This document shows, piece after piece, positions 11,394-21,950 of a stretch of DNA of 64,000 nt. The DNA comes from Nitrospirota bacterium (GTDB taxonomy: Bacteria > Nitrospirota > UBA9217): NCBI GenBank assembly GCA_963749655.1, contig CAVVOB010000039.1:1-64000 (forward strand). The letters are read 5' to 3'. Position 1 is the first letter of the stretch, and every line of letters begins with the position of its first letter. Made by a program: the position numbers and the translations under genes. Below the pieces are notes generated by a model. The model ran no database searches. It was not told the origin of the DNA and saw nothing but the letters and a program-made list of their open reading frames with translations.

Positions 11394-12627
11394 CTATGCC
11401 TTCTGTCCCGTCAGAAAATAATCCATCAAGGTATGCCCTTCCTTGAACACCAGGGCATCTTTCCGTGAAGCAATCCCCTCGTCGTAGGAGACCGGACCGC
11501 CCGCCCGCTCCTTCATGCTGTCGTAGAGGACAAAGGGCACGGCCTCGCTTGAATGCGTCCTGATCTCGAGCGGCGTGGGATGGTCGGGAAGTGCAAGGAT
11601 CCGGTACTGTCCGAACTGTTTCATGCCGCGCATGATATTGCCGACTATAAGCTCGTCGAAATCCTCAATGGCCTTGAGCTTGTTCTTGACGTCCCCCGTG
11701 TGGCCGGCTTCGTCCGGAGCTTCCACATGGATATAGACGAAGTCCCTGGTTTTGAGCGCCTCCAGGGCATACTCGGCCTTGCCTGCGTAGTTCGTATCAA
11801 TCCAGCCTGTTGCGCCCGGCACGTTGATTACGTCAAATCCCGGCATACTTGCCGATGCCTTTGGTAAGGTCCACGGCCGAGATCATGGCGCCCAGCATCC
11901 CGTACTTGTCCTTAAAGGTCGGCATGTCCGGACGCTTGCCCTGGCCCCAGAGCCAGATGCTGTTCGCCGCCCGTTTGCCGCTCTCCTGCCGGGCCTTGTT
12001 CACCGGATGGGGAAGGAGAAGGTTCATCGATTCTTCCATCAGGCTGTTGATCGTATCGTCGCCTTCTCCGCGCGGAAGATAATCCTGGATGTCCTTGTCC
12101 TGGATGTCGTGTGGCGGCGTGCACTCGATCTTGTCCTTGCCGCCTTTCCATACCATGAGGTGGCGATAGCTCACTCCGGGATAAAACCGGATGCGATCAG
12201 TGCCGAGTCTGCTGTCTATCTCTTCGATCAGCAGACGTGCTTCCTGAGTCGAAATATGGCCGGCGCTGAAATCCTCCATGATCGCCTTGCGGGCCACCCC
12301 TGACGGCTTGACTCCCGAGATCCGCAGCGTCACGAGATTGCACCGGAAGGCCACGTCTTCAGGGCCGAGGGAGATGCCGATGCTCGCGGCTTCAAGCGGA
12401 GAACGCCCGGTGTAATATTTTCCCGGATCGTACCCCATTACCGAAAGGTTGGCAACATCGCTGCCCGGAGGAAATCCCGGGGGGATCGTGTGCACCATCC
12501 CGACCTGCCCCTTTGTAGCGAGCTGGTCGAGGTTCGGTGTCCGCGCTGCCTGGAGGCAGGTCCTGCCCCCCAGATCCGTTCGGGGCCGATCGGCCATGCC
12601 GTCGCCCAGTAAAATAATGTATTTCAT
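11394..12627 (-). CDS. ApgM-type cofactor-independent phosphoglycerate mutase homolog, candidate alternative homoserine kinase; frameshift near 11835
   Basis: GDGMAD, PGSDVANL, YPGVSYRHL, HVEAPDEAGH, PDHPTP; located in the thr cluster, which has no thrB. Confidence 0.85.
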
Positions 12628-12723
12628 ACTATCCTTGCCGAAAAACCGCGGCGAATTCACAGGGCCAGGTAACATCCGGTATAATCCGGGCGCCTTGGCG
12701 CCTTGTTCTCTGCCCCGGGGCTT

Positions 12724-12966
12724 CTAGGAGCTTACCACATCGCCTTCCACAGCTTCCACCTTGACCCCGCGCTCCTTCAGATAGGCAATGCCTTCCTCAA
12801 GCTTTTTCTCAGCGCCTTCCAGTTCGAGCACTACCTCTCCCACGCTCTCGGTGACTTTGGCGCGCCGGATGTTCGGCATGATGTCGAATTTTTTCGCCAT
12901 CGTGAAGATCACCGGTTCCTTGATCAAGTCCTGAGGAAAGGTCAGTTTCACTCTCTTCGTTGCCAT
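12724..12966 (-). CDS. Stand-alone NIL domain protein
   Basis: RVKLTFP...EPVI...NIRRAKV...GEVVLELEG pattern; RBS AAGGAG. Confidence 0.85.
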   Translation of the reverse strand: MATKRVKLTFPQDLIKEPVIFTMAKKFDIMPNIRRAKVTESVGEVVLELEGAEKKLEEGIAYLKERGVKVEAVEGDVVSS

Positions 12967-13065
12967 GTTCTCTCCTTGAAAAAGGTCGTCACGCGGCGGT
13001 CCGGATTTCCTGCGTCAGTTGTTGATTCTCCGCCCGGAGGGACGTTCCTGTCCCGCAAGTTCGGA

Positions 13066-13348
13066 TTAACGGCAGCAGCCTCCGGCGATGGCCGGCACAA
13101 TGGAGACGTTGTCGCCGTCCTTGAGCGAGGTCTCTTCCTTGTTCGCAAAACGGATGTCTTCTTCGTTCACGTAGATATTGATGAATCGCCGGATCTTGCC
13201 GCCGTCCGACAACCGTTCCTTCATGCCCGGGTAGTCCTTTTCAAGGGCATCAACAAGTTCAAGGACGTTCTTCGCGCTGCATTCTACTTCGGCGGCTGCC
13301 GTTCGTCAGTTTCTGCAACGGTGTCGGAATTCTCACTTTAATGGCCAT
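13066..13348 (-). CDS. MoaD/ThiS/CysO-family ubiquitin-like sulfur carrier ending GG-CCR; one frameshift near 13295
   Basis: Manual translation MAIKVRIPTPLQKLTNG...RRFINIYVNEEDIRF...DGDNVSIVPAIAGGCCR*; missed by the ORF track. Confidence 0.9.
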
Positions 13349-13430
13349 GGTGCAATCCTCCTGATAAAGAATCGTAGCTGACGTCGCAATCATACCCGCC
13401 TCTTCCGCTGCGACCGTGCGGCAAACCCTT

Positions 13431-14665
13431 CTATTGTATCCGTTTCAGCAGTTGCTCGAACGCTTCGATGTTCGGTTTGATCGGCGTCGGACGCTGAAGA
13501 TGGTCCACGACCGCCTCGGTGGTCTTGAGACCGTTTCCGGTGATGCAGATCACGAGCGTCTCGTCCTTCGCTATCCTGCCGGAGTCCACCAGTTTTTTCG
13601 CGGCAGACACGGTCACTCCGCCCGCCGTCTCGGCAAACACCCCTTCGGTCTCGGCAAGCAGTTTGATGGCGTCCACGATTTCCTGGTCCGATGAATCGTC
13701 GCCGTATCCTCCCGTGTCCGGCGTGACCTTGGTCGCATAGTATCCGTCGGCGGGGTTGCCGATGGCGAGCGATTTTGCGATCGTCCTCGGCTTCACCGGT
13801 TTGATCACGTCGCTGCCTTCCTTGATCGCCGTGGTGATCGGGTTGCAGCCCGTGGCCTGCGCGGCGAAGACCTTTGTCTTGACGGGCGGCACCAGGCCGA
13901 GCTTCTCGAGCTCCCTGAAGGACTTCCAGATCTTCGTCATGAGCGAGCCGCTGGCATTGGGCACGACGATATTGTCCGGCGTCTTCCAGCCGAGCTGTTC
14001 GGCGATCTCGAACCCCAGGGACTTCGACCCCTCGCCGTAGAAGGGGCGGATGTTGATGTTCACAAAGGCCCAGTGGTACTTGTTCGCGACCTCGGAGCAG
14101 AGCCGGTTCACTTCGTCGTAGTTGCCGTCGACGGTCACCAGGTTCGGAAGGTAGACAAGCGAAGTTGATGGTCTTCGAAAGCTCCAGGTCCGAGGGCGTG
14201 AAAATAAAGCGCTTCATGCCGGCCCGCGCTGCCTGGGCAGCCACGGAATTGGCCAGGTTGCCCGTCGACGCGCAGGCCACGGTGTCGAAGCCGAACTCCC
14301 TGGCCTTGGTGACGGCCACGGCCACGACACGGTCCTTGAAGGACAGGGTCGGGTGGTTCACGGAGTCGTCCTTGAGGTAGATTTCCTTGACGCCCCATGC
14401 GCGCGCAAGGTTCTGCGCCTTCATCAGGGGAGTGTAGCCCGAGTCGAGACCCCGTGACAGGGTCGCCGTCGATCGGCAGCAGTTCGCGGTACCGCCACAT
14501 GGTATGCGGCCGGGATTCGACGGCCTGCCGGGTCATGTCCCGCTTGATCCGCTCGTAATCGTAGGTCACTTCGAGCGGCCCGAAGCAGAACTCGCAGACG
14601 TAGATGGGCTCGATCTTGTACTCCCTGCCGCATTCAACGCACCGAAGGCTCTTTACGTACGTCAT
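13431..14665 (-). CDS. thrC: Threonine synthase-family PLP enzyme; frameshifts near 14440 and 14150
   Basis: CVECG..CEFCFGPL zinc ribbon, NHPTLSFKDR (PLP Lys), CASTGNLA, EGSKSLGFE, ITGNGLKT. Confidence 0.88.
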
Positions 14666-15113
14666 CGGCTCAACTCTCTCCTTCTAACAACCGAAAGCTG
14701 CACTTCTGAAACTTCTCTCTCTTTAAGGGTGAACGCCCTGTGCAACCGGTTTCTTTCTGTCCAGAAGCGACACAATCACATAGACCGCGTCAGGATAATT
14801 GGGTTGCAAGGTCCCGGGCCAGTATGCCTGGTCAACATCAATGCTCGAAGGATAGGCCTGGCCGCCCGTATGGGAGTGATAGATGCCCACCATGGCCAGC
14901 CCTTCCTCCCGAATGTACTTCATGACCTGGAACTGTTCTTCCGGATCCATCTCGTAATGAGGCGGACCCGGCCTCGCATTCGTCATGGCATATACTTGTT
15001 TCACCCGGTCGTTCAGCCCCGCCAGGATGCCGCAGGCCTCATTGGGATATTCCCGGTCGCAGTGTTCGAACAATGTTCTGGAGGTCGGAGCGTGTAATTA
15101 CCAGCATCGTCAT
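14662..15113 (-). CDS. JAMM/Mov34 (Mec-like) metalloprotease; frameshifts near both ends
   Basis: YPNEACGILAG, GIYHSHT....PSSID JAMM motif; inferred ATGA overlap with thrC. Confidence 0.88.
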
Positions 15114-15960
15114 CGGTACATGCAATCCGCAATCCGCAATTCGCAATCCGCAATAGGTAGTGTCTCATGGAGCAGAACTGCTCGTAGTCGATCAGCTCCG
15201 TAATGGTCGGGTGCTCGCCGCAGACCGGACACTCCTTGTTTCGCGGCACCTTGACCGTGCGGAAGCTCATGTCAAGGGCGTTCCAGAGAAGGAGCTTGCC
15301 TTTGAGCGGCTGGCCGATCCCGAGGATCACCTTGATCACCTCGGTCGCCTGCATGGTCCCGATCACGCCGGTCACGGCGCCGAGGATGCCCGCTTCCTGG
15401 CAGGACGGGACCATGCCCGGCGGAGGCGGAACCTCGAAGAGGCACCGGTAGCACGGCCCTTCGCCCGGGAAAATGGTCATCAGCTGGCCTTCGAAGCGGA
15501 ACACCGCGGCGCTCACCAGCGTCTTCTTGAGCATCACGCAGGCGTCGTTCACCAGATAGCGCGTCGGGAAATTGTCGCTTCCGTCCACCACGATATCATA
15601 GTCCTTGATGATGTCCATGATGTTCTTTGACGTGAGCCGTTCTTTGTGCGTAACGACCTTGACGTCAGGGTTCAGCGTCTCGTAGGTCTCCTTGGCGGAG
15701 TCGGCCTTGAGCACGCCGATCCTGCTGGTGTTGTGCGCGATCTGGCGCTGAAGGTTCGATATCTCCACGCGGTCGTTGTCGATGACCCCGATCGTGCCCA
15801 CGCCGGCTGCGGCAAGATAGTACCCCACCGGAGAGCCGAGCCCGCCGGCGCCCACGAGCACGACCCTGGCGTTCAGGAGCTTTTCCTGGCCGTCGCCGCC
15901 GACCTCGGGCAGAAGGATATGCCTGCTGTAGCGCAGTATCTGGTCTTCAGTAAATTCCAT
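15013..15960 (-). CDS. moeB: MoeB/ThiF family sulfur-carrier adenylyltransferase (true end probably near 15155)
   Basis: RYSRHILL, VGAGGLGSP, SNLQRQ, DGSDNFPTRY, CYRC, CPVCG; no rhodanese domain. Confidence 0.93.
   Translation of the reverse strand: MEFTEDQILRYSRHILLPEVGGDGQEKLLNARVVLVGAGGLGSPVGYYLAAAGVGTIGVIDNDRVEISNLQRQIAHNTSRIGVLKADSAKETYETLNPDVKVVTHKERLTSKNIMDIIKDYDIVVDGSDNFPTRYLVNDACVMLKKTLVSAAVFRFEGQLMTIFPGEGPCYRCLFEVPPPPGMVPSCQEAGILGAVTGVIGTMQATEVIKVILGIGQPLKGKLLLWNALDMSFRTVKVPRNKECPVCGEHPTITELIDYEQFCSMRHYLLRIANCGLRIACTDDDAGNYTLRPPEHCSNTATGNIPMRPAASWRG
15121..15154. repeat. Heptamer array (TCCGCAA)x~4
   Basis: At the moeB/mec junction. Confidence 0.8.
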
Positions 15961-15968
15961 AGTCCTAT

Positions 15969-16050
15969 TTCGGATTGCGGATTTCAGGATTTCGGATTAT
16001 GAAGTGCGTATCCTGCTTCACATCCGCATTCCGCATTCCGCATTCCGCAA
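15969..16050. repeat. Inverted heptamer array pair (TTCGGAT-type / TCCGCAT-type)
   Basis: At the tusA/moeB junction. Confidence 0.8.
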
Positions 16051-16310
16051 TTACTTTTTTCCTTCTCCTTGTCCTTTCGGACAAAGAGGTGCCATTCCTT
16101 TTCCCCGGTCTGATCGATCTTCAGCACCTTCTGTCCCTCGTTCTCCATGCTCTTCGGAACGTTCTCGATGGCCGGCTTGTGGTCAAGGATGATCTCGAGC
16201 ACTTCGCCGAGGTTCATCTTTTCGATCGCCAGCTTGGAGCGGACAAAGGTATAGGGGCAGACCTGGCCTTTGATATCTGCGGTTTTATCGACTTTTATGT
16301 CATCTGCCAT
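15984..16310 (-). CDS. TusA/SirA family sulfurtransferase (true stop probably 16051)
   Basis: DIKGQVCPYTFVRSKLA..GEVLEI; CPx motif; RBS GGAGG. Confidence 0.88.
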   Translation of the reverse strand: MADDIKVDKTADIKGQVCPYTFVRSKLAIEKMNLGEVLEIILDHKPAIENVPKSMENEGQKVLKIDQTGEKEWHLFVRKDKEKEKSNCGMRNAECGCEAGYALHNPKS

Positions 16311-16323
16311 GGGATACCTCCAA

Positions 16324-16397
16324 ATGCGGAATGGCGAATTCGGAATGCGGAATTGAAGACGGTTTTGATTTCTTATTCCGAATTCCGCATTCCGCAT
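16324..16397. repeat. Inverted heptamer array pair (ATGCGGA / TCCGCAT)
   Basis: At the hom/tusA junction. Confidence 0.8.
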
Positions 16398-17715
16398 TAA
16401 CTCGCCTTTCCTTCCTCCACCCTGATCACCACGTTGTCGGCCCTGCCACGCAATCCATCTTGTTGATCTCGTCAAGCGCCTTGCGCACGTCGCGCTCCAC
16501 CGCCTCGTGGCTCATCATGACGATCGGCACCGCTTCGTCCACCCACGGCCCTTCTGGATCATCGACGAAATGCTGATGTTGTTCTTGCCGAGCACCCCGG
16601 AGATGCGCGAGAGCACGCCGGGCTTATCGAGCGCCGAGAAGCGGAGATAGTAGCACGAGGTGATATCGTCCATTTTCCGGATCGTGAGCGGCATCCGCTC
16701 GCGGAATGCCGTCACCGGCGACCGGCCCACGCAGCCCGCGAGGATGTCCCGTCCGATGTCGATGATGTCGCTCACCACCGCGCTGCCCGTGGGCATGTCT
16801 CCCGCTCCCCTGCCGTAGAACATGGTGGAACCGACCGCGTCTCCGACGATGGAGAGCGCGTTAAATACGCCGTCCACCGGGGCGATGGGATAGTTCTCGG
16901 GAAGCATGGTCGGATGCACCCGCGCCTCGATCTCGCCGTTCACCATCTTGGTGATGGCGAGCAGTTTGATCTTGTAGCCCAGGTCCTTCGCAAAATCGAT
17001 GTCCAGCGGCGTGATCTTCGAGATGCCTTCGGTGTAGATGTTGTCGAAACTCGACCGGCGTGCCGTAGGCCAGCATGGTAAGCACGGCAAGCTTGTGCGC
17101 CGAGTCGATGCCTTCGATATCGAAGGTCGGATCCGCCTCGGCATACCCTTTGGCCTGGGCCTCTTTCAGCACCTCGTCGAACTTCCTGCCCTCGTTCGTC
17201 ATGAGCGTCAGGATGTAATTGCAGGTCCCGTTCACGATCCCGTAGATGGACTTGATGTTGTTCGCTGCGAGCCCGTTCCTGACGGCGGCAAGGATCGGGA
17301 TGCCGCCCGCAACCGAGGCCTCGTATCCCACGGTCACGCCGGCCTTTTCGGCAGCAGCGTAGATCTCTTCGCCGTGCACGGCCAGGAGCGCCTTGTTCGC
17401 CGTGACGACGTGTTTCTTGTTCCTGATCGCTTCGAGAATGAATTCCTTGGCGGGCTTATATCCGCCGATCAGTTCCACGACGACGTCGATGTCCGGATCG
17501 GTGATGATGTCCTTGGCATTCGTGGTGAGCTTTACGCCGCCAAGCTCGATGCCCCGGTCGCGTTTGACATCCAGGTCCGATATTGTCTTGAGCACCACCG
17601 GTGCGCCGAGCCGGCGCTTGATGATATCCGCGTTCTCAAGGAGGATCCGTGCCGTACCCGTTCCCACGGTGCCGAAGCCGATAATGCCTACGTTGATCGA
17701 TTTCTTCGTTGCCAT
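16397..17715 (-). CDS. hom: Homoserine dehydrogenase with ACT domain; frameshifts near 17050 and 16545
   Basis: [50 protein letters not shown]. Confidence 0.95.
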
Positions 17716-17816
17716 TTTCACCCCGGTAAAATCGGGCACAGGGTCCGGTAGCCGGGGGCCAGGTCGGAAAAAATATCATACGTGCTCTCTGGACCCTGTT
17801 ACTCCTTGCACCCGTC

Positions 17817-18995
17817 CTATGCTTTACTCAATGCCTGTTTGATCCCCTTCGCGGCCTGGCGCAGGCGGTGCTCGTTTTCGATGAGCGCAAACCGCACATG
17901 CGTGTCTCCGTACTCGCCAAAACCGATGCCCGGCGAAACCGCGACCCCGGCTTCCTTGATCAGGTGCTTGGAAAACTCGATCGAACCCATCTTCCTGAAA
18001 GGTTCGGGGATCTCGGCCCAGACGAACATCGTGGCCTTCGGCTTCTCGACCTTCCAGCCCGCCTTGTCCAGGCCGTCGATCAGGACGTCCCTTCTTGCCT
18101 GGTACATGTCCGAGATCTCTTTCACGCAATCCTGGGGGCCGTTCAGGGCGATGATCGAGGCGATCTGGATCGGCTGGAACATGCCGTAGTCAAGGTAGCT
18201 CTTGATCTTGATCAGAGCGCCTACGACATCGCGGTTCCCGCAGCAGAAGCCGACGCGCCAGCCGGCCATGTTGTAGCTCTTGGTCAGACTGAAGAACTCG
18301 ACGCCAACGTCCCTGGCGCCCCTGGCCTGAAGAAAGCTGGGGGCGCGATATCCGTCGAAATTAAGGTCCGCATAGGCCAGATCGTGAACGACGATGATGC
18401 CGTTCTCCCGCGCAAAGTCGGCGATCTTCTGAAAGAACGCGAGATCAGCGACCTGAGTCGTGGGATTGTTCGGGAAGTTGATGATCAGCATCTTCGGCCG
18501 GGGCCAGGTGTTCTTGTAGGCCTCCTGCATGTCGGCGAAAAAGTCCGAGTCCTTCCTGAGCGGGATGGAGCGCACTTCGCCGCCGGCGATGATGACGGCA
18601 TAGGGATGGATGGGGTAGGCAGGCGTGGTCGTGAGAACCACGTCACCCGGCTCGACAGTGGCAAGAGCGAGATGGGAGAGCCCCTCCTTGGATCCGATGG
18701 TGACGACGGTCTCGCTTTCGGGGTCAAGGTCTACATCGTAGCGGCGTTTGTACCAGTCACAGACTGCCGTGCGGAGTCTGGTGATCCCCTTCGAGGCCGA
18801 GTAGCGGTGATTTTTCGGATTCTGTGCCGCTTCGATGAGCTTGTCGACGATGTGCTGCGGTGTGCCCTGATCAGGATTGCCCATGCCGAGGTCGATGATG
18901 TCTTCTCCGCGCCTTCGCGCATCGATCTTCATGGTGTTCACGATGGCGAAAACGTACGGCGGCAGCCTCTTGATCCTGCCAAACTGCTCAGGCAT
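17817..18995 (-). CDS. alaC: Class I PLP aminotransferase, AlaC/DapL-like
   Basis: [43 protein letters not shown]. Confidence 0.85.
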   Translation of the reverse strand: MPEQFGRIKRLPPYVFAIVNTMKIDARRRGEDIIDLGMGNPDQGTPQHIVDKLIEAAQNPKNHRYSASKGITRLRTAVCDWYKRRYDVDLDPESETVVTIGSKEGLSHLALATVEPGDVVLTTTPAYPIHPYAVIIAGGEVRSIPLRKDSDFFADMQEAYKNTWPRPKMLIINFPNNPTTQVADLAFFQKIADFARENGIIVVHDLAYADLNFDGYRAPSFLQARGARDVGVEFFSLTKSYNMAGWRVGFCCGNRDVVGALIKIKSYLDYGMFQPIQIASIIALNGPQDCVKEISDMYQARRDVLIDGLDKAGWKVEKPKATMFVWAEIPEPFRKMGSIEFSKHLIKEAGVAVSPGIGFGEYGDTHVRFALIENEHRLRQAAKGIKQALSKA

Positions 18996-19282
18996 GACTA
19001 ATCCTTTCTTTTCAAAGATTTATTTTCGCTTGATGTCTATAACCATGCAATTTCAAAAGTAAAAATGATAATAAAACAGTATGGAAGTTTTGTCAATAAA
19101 AATTGCTCCTGAATCATGGAATGAAGTCGAAAATGACTCTCTGAAGACGTCATTAAACCGGGAAAAATCCGGAGAAATGGCTTGATTTTTCAGTGTGCCT
19201 GTGATAAGGTATTTTTTCCAAAAACGAGTAAGGTCGATTCCCTGTTCGCGGGAAACACAGGACGCGCTGCGACCCGGGATTA

Positions 19283-19397
19283 CTCCTTGCTCTCCCCAGC
19301 ATATCAACTCTCTTCACCCCCTGCCCCCTCTCTTTGGAGGGAGAAGGACAACGGAAAGGGAGTTTTATCAGAGGGAGGGCTATAACCCATAAGGAGG
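19283..19397 (+). promoter_or_regulatory. S6:S18-type rpsF leader RNA with a long inserted hairpin
   Basis: CTCCTT (19283) pairs with SD AAGGAG (19391); GCTCTCCC pairs with GGGAGGGC; unpaired CCC before the SD. Confidence 0.65.
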
Positions 19398-19406
19398 GAC
19401 ACACGA

Positions 19407-19772
19407 ATGCCGATTTACGAATCAATCTTCATCATCAACGCCAACCTCACCGACGAGGAGACCGCCGGAGTCATCAAGAAGATGCAGGACGTGGTCACGA
19501 AGCAGGGCGGCGAGATGACCAAGTTCGAGGACTGGGGCAAGAAGAAGCTGGCGTACGAGATAAAGAAGCAGAAGCGCGGCCACTATGCCTTTTTCCAGTT
19601 CAAGTCAGCGCCTGCCGCGGTAGCCGAACTCGAGCGCACCTACAAGATGACCGATTCGGTCATCAAGTTCCTGACCGTCAAACTGGAGAAGGAACTGCGC
19701 GTCAGGCCGGAGCCGAAGAAAAAGAAAAAAGACGCTGCCAAGGCCCCTGAGGCCGGTCCGGCCCAGGCGTAA
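19407..19772 (+). CDS. rpsF: 30S ribosomal protein S6
   Basis: YESIFII...WGKKKLAYEIKK...GHY. Confidence 0.97.
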   Translation: MPIYESIFIINANLTDEETAGVIKKMQDVVTKQGGEMTKFEDWGKKKLAYEIKKQKRGHYAFFQFKSAPAAVAELERTYKMTDSVIKFLTVKLEKELRVRPEPKKKKKDAAKAPEAGPAQA

Positions 19773-19830
19773 GCCGACGGTTGAACAATCGCCCGACGCG
19801 GTGCAATTGTCGGGAACATGAGGTGGCACC

Positions 19831-20244
19831 ATGACGAGCTTCAACAAAGTGATCCTGCTGGGCAATCTCACCCGCGACCCCGAGGTCCGCTACACGCCGA
19901 ACGGCATCGCGGTGGCGAGCTTTGCCATCGCCGTCAACCGCAAGTACAAGCAGGGCGACGAGACCAAGGAAGAGGTCAGCTACATCGACATCGTCGTATT
20001 CGGCAAGCAGGCCGAGTCCTGCGGCCAGTACATCAACAAGGGCGATTCCGTCCTGATCGACGGCAGGCTCCAGCAGCGGCGGTGGGACGACAAGGATACC
20101 GGGCCAGAAGCGGAGCAAGGTCGAAGTCGTTGCCCAGTCCGTGAACTTCATGCCCAAACGCTCGTCAGGCGGCAAGGCCAGGGCCACAGCCAGGCTGAAC
20201 CCGTGCCGGAAGCCCCCGTGGACGAGGGAGAGATTCCCTTTTGA
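19831..20244 (+). CDS. ssb: Single-stranded DNA-binding protein (compensating indels near 20105 and 20175)
   Basis: FNKVILLGNLTRDPEVRYT; C-terminal acidic tip EIPF. Confidence 0.95.
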   Translation: MTSFNKVILLGNLTRDPEVRYTPNGIAVASFAIAVNRKYKQGDETKEEVSYIDIVVFGKQAESCGQYINKGDSVLIDGRLQQRRWDDKDTGPEAEQGRSRCPVRELHAQTLVRRQGQGHSQAEPVPEAPVDEGEIPF

Positions 20245-20297
20245 GGCGGGCATGGCCAGTCACCGTAACTAATACTATTCTGAAGGAGTAAACTACT

Positions 20298-20634
20298 ATG
20301 GCAGAATTTCATCCACGACCGTCGGGTCCGATCGAGACCGGGTGGCTCCGATTCGCGCAGCAGAGGCGACCGGGACGACAGCGGGGACCGCGCGCGGGCG
20401 GAGACAAACGAAGAAGGTTCCAGGTCCGGAAGAAAGTATGCCGTTTCTGCGTGGACAAGACGCCTTTCATCGACTACAAGGATGTCAAGACGCTCCGGTT
20501 CTTCATCACTGAGCGGGGCAAGATCCTGCCCGAGACGCATTTCCGGCAACTGCGCACGTCATCAGCGGGAAGTCACCGTTGCCGTGCAGCGGTGCAGGAA
20601 CATCGCGCTCATCCCATTCGCCGGCGAAAAGTAA
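20298..20634 (+). CDS. rpsR: 30S ribosomal protein S18, Zn-binding form; frameshift near 20532
   Basis: [24 protein letters not shown], continuing [22 protein letters not shown] in another frame. Confidence 0.93.
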
Positions 20635-20661
20635 AAGACCGGGCAATATCGCAACAACACC

Positions 20662-20708
20662 GGGGAAACCCAGGGGCATGGTTCAGTGGCCCGGGTTTCC
20701 CCTTTTTT
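20662..20708 (+). terminator. Rho-independent terminator after rpsR
   Basis: GGGGAAACCC...GGGTTTCCCC stem followed by T6. Confidence 0.65.
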
Positions 20709-20835
20709 GAGCCCAAACCTTTTACCCACCGCCAAGGGACCTTAATGGTGAGTCCCTGATCGGAAAGAGACAGGGGACTTTCCCCGGTTCCTGACGGCGT
20801 TCCCTGTCCCTCGCAAAAACCCCGGGAGATCAGCC

Positions 20836-21768
20836 ATGAACTATCGTGCAATCCTCATCGCCACGGCCCAGACAGTCGGACTCTACGCTGCGGGCTTCAT
20901 CATTCCCCTTGCAGGCCAGCTTCTGGCTCTGTTTGCGCCGGTGCCGCTGATCATCATCTATGTCCGGAGCGGCAGGCGCGAGGGTTTTGCGGTCCTTGTT
21001 GCGTCCTGCCTCCTGTCCGCACTGCTCGGCGGATGGATGACAGCCGCCGTGTTCCTTCTGAGTTTCGGCCTCATGGCCGCTGGAACAGGTGAAGGCATGC
21101 GGAGGACCGCAAAACCGGAAGCCATCGCCCTGCTGGGCGGCCTTCTGCCCCTGGCTGTCCTTGGCGTGCTCCTCACCGCCTATCTGGCCAGAATCGGGAA
21201 AAGCCCCTTAATGGCGACTGAAGACTACTTGCGCTCGAACGTGGCGGAAGCGGCAAAACTGTATACCACCATGGGGCTTACCGAAATGGCCTCTACGATC
21301 ACGTCCGTTTCGGACAAATTCGTTCACTATCTGTCGCGGCTCATGCCGGGCATCGTCATCGCGACCTTTGTATCTCAGGCAGCGGCCTGCTTCGGCCTTG
21401 CCCGGGCCATTATCATGCGGAAACAGGACCCGTCCGCTGTAGTGCCTCAAACCCGGCTGTCTTTGTGGCATGCGCCCGATTCCTGGGTATGGGGTCTGAT
21501 CGCAGCGCTCACCCTCGTCATCCTTCCGGGTGAAGCCACGCACTTCACGGGCTATAATATTGCGATCGTCCTCGCCGTCGTGTACCTGGCGCAGGGCACC
21601 GCGATAGCGGAGCACTTTCTCCTGCGGACGCGGCTCCGGCCCTTTATGCGCGGAATGATCATCGCCCTGATCCTGGCGATGCCGTCCATCGTATTCGTCA
21701 TCGCTCTCGGCATCGTTGACATCTGGGCCGACGTGCGCAAGGTCCGGGGGCCTGTTGCCAAAGCTTAA
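20836..21768 (+). CDS. DUF2232/YybS family membrane protein
   Basis: Multi-TM protein, C-terminal LGIVDIWADVRK, usual position after rpsR. Confidence 0.85.
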   Translation: MNYRAILIATAQTVGLYAAGFIIPLAGQLLALFAPVPLIIIYVRSGRREGFAVLVASCLLSALLGGWMTAAVFLLSFGLMAAGTGEGMRRTAKPEAIALLGGLLPLAVLGVLLTAYLARIGKSPLMATEDYLRSNVAEAAKLYTTMGLTEMASTITSVSDKFVHYLSRLMPGIVIATFVSQAAACFGLARAIIMRKQDPSAVVPQTRLSLWHAPDSWVWGLIAALTLVILPGEATHFTGYNIAIVLAVVYLAQGTAIAEHFLLRTRLRPFMRGMIIALILAMPSIVFVIALGIVDIWADVRKVRGPVAKA

Positions 21769-21950
21769 GGATGCCTCGGATCGGCCTTTTTAGCAAGATA
21801 CCTTACCCGTCAATCCCCATTCACGTGATTCCCTGCTCCCTGCGGCTCCTGCTTGCTGCAGGTGAGTTCAAAACCTTTCGCCTTCTTTGTTTTTTTCTCT
21901 TTTGCACCTTCTCTTTTTTATGGTACTATCCCGGCGTGAGGGCCTGATAT

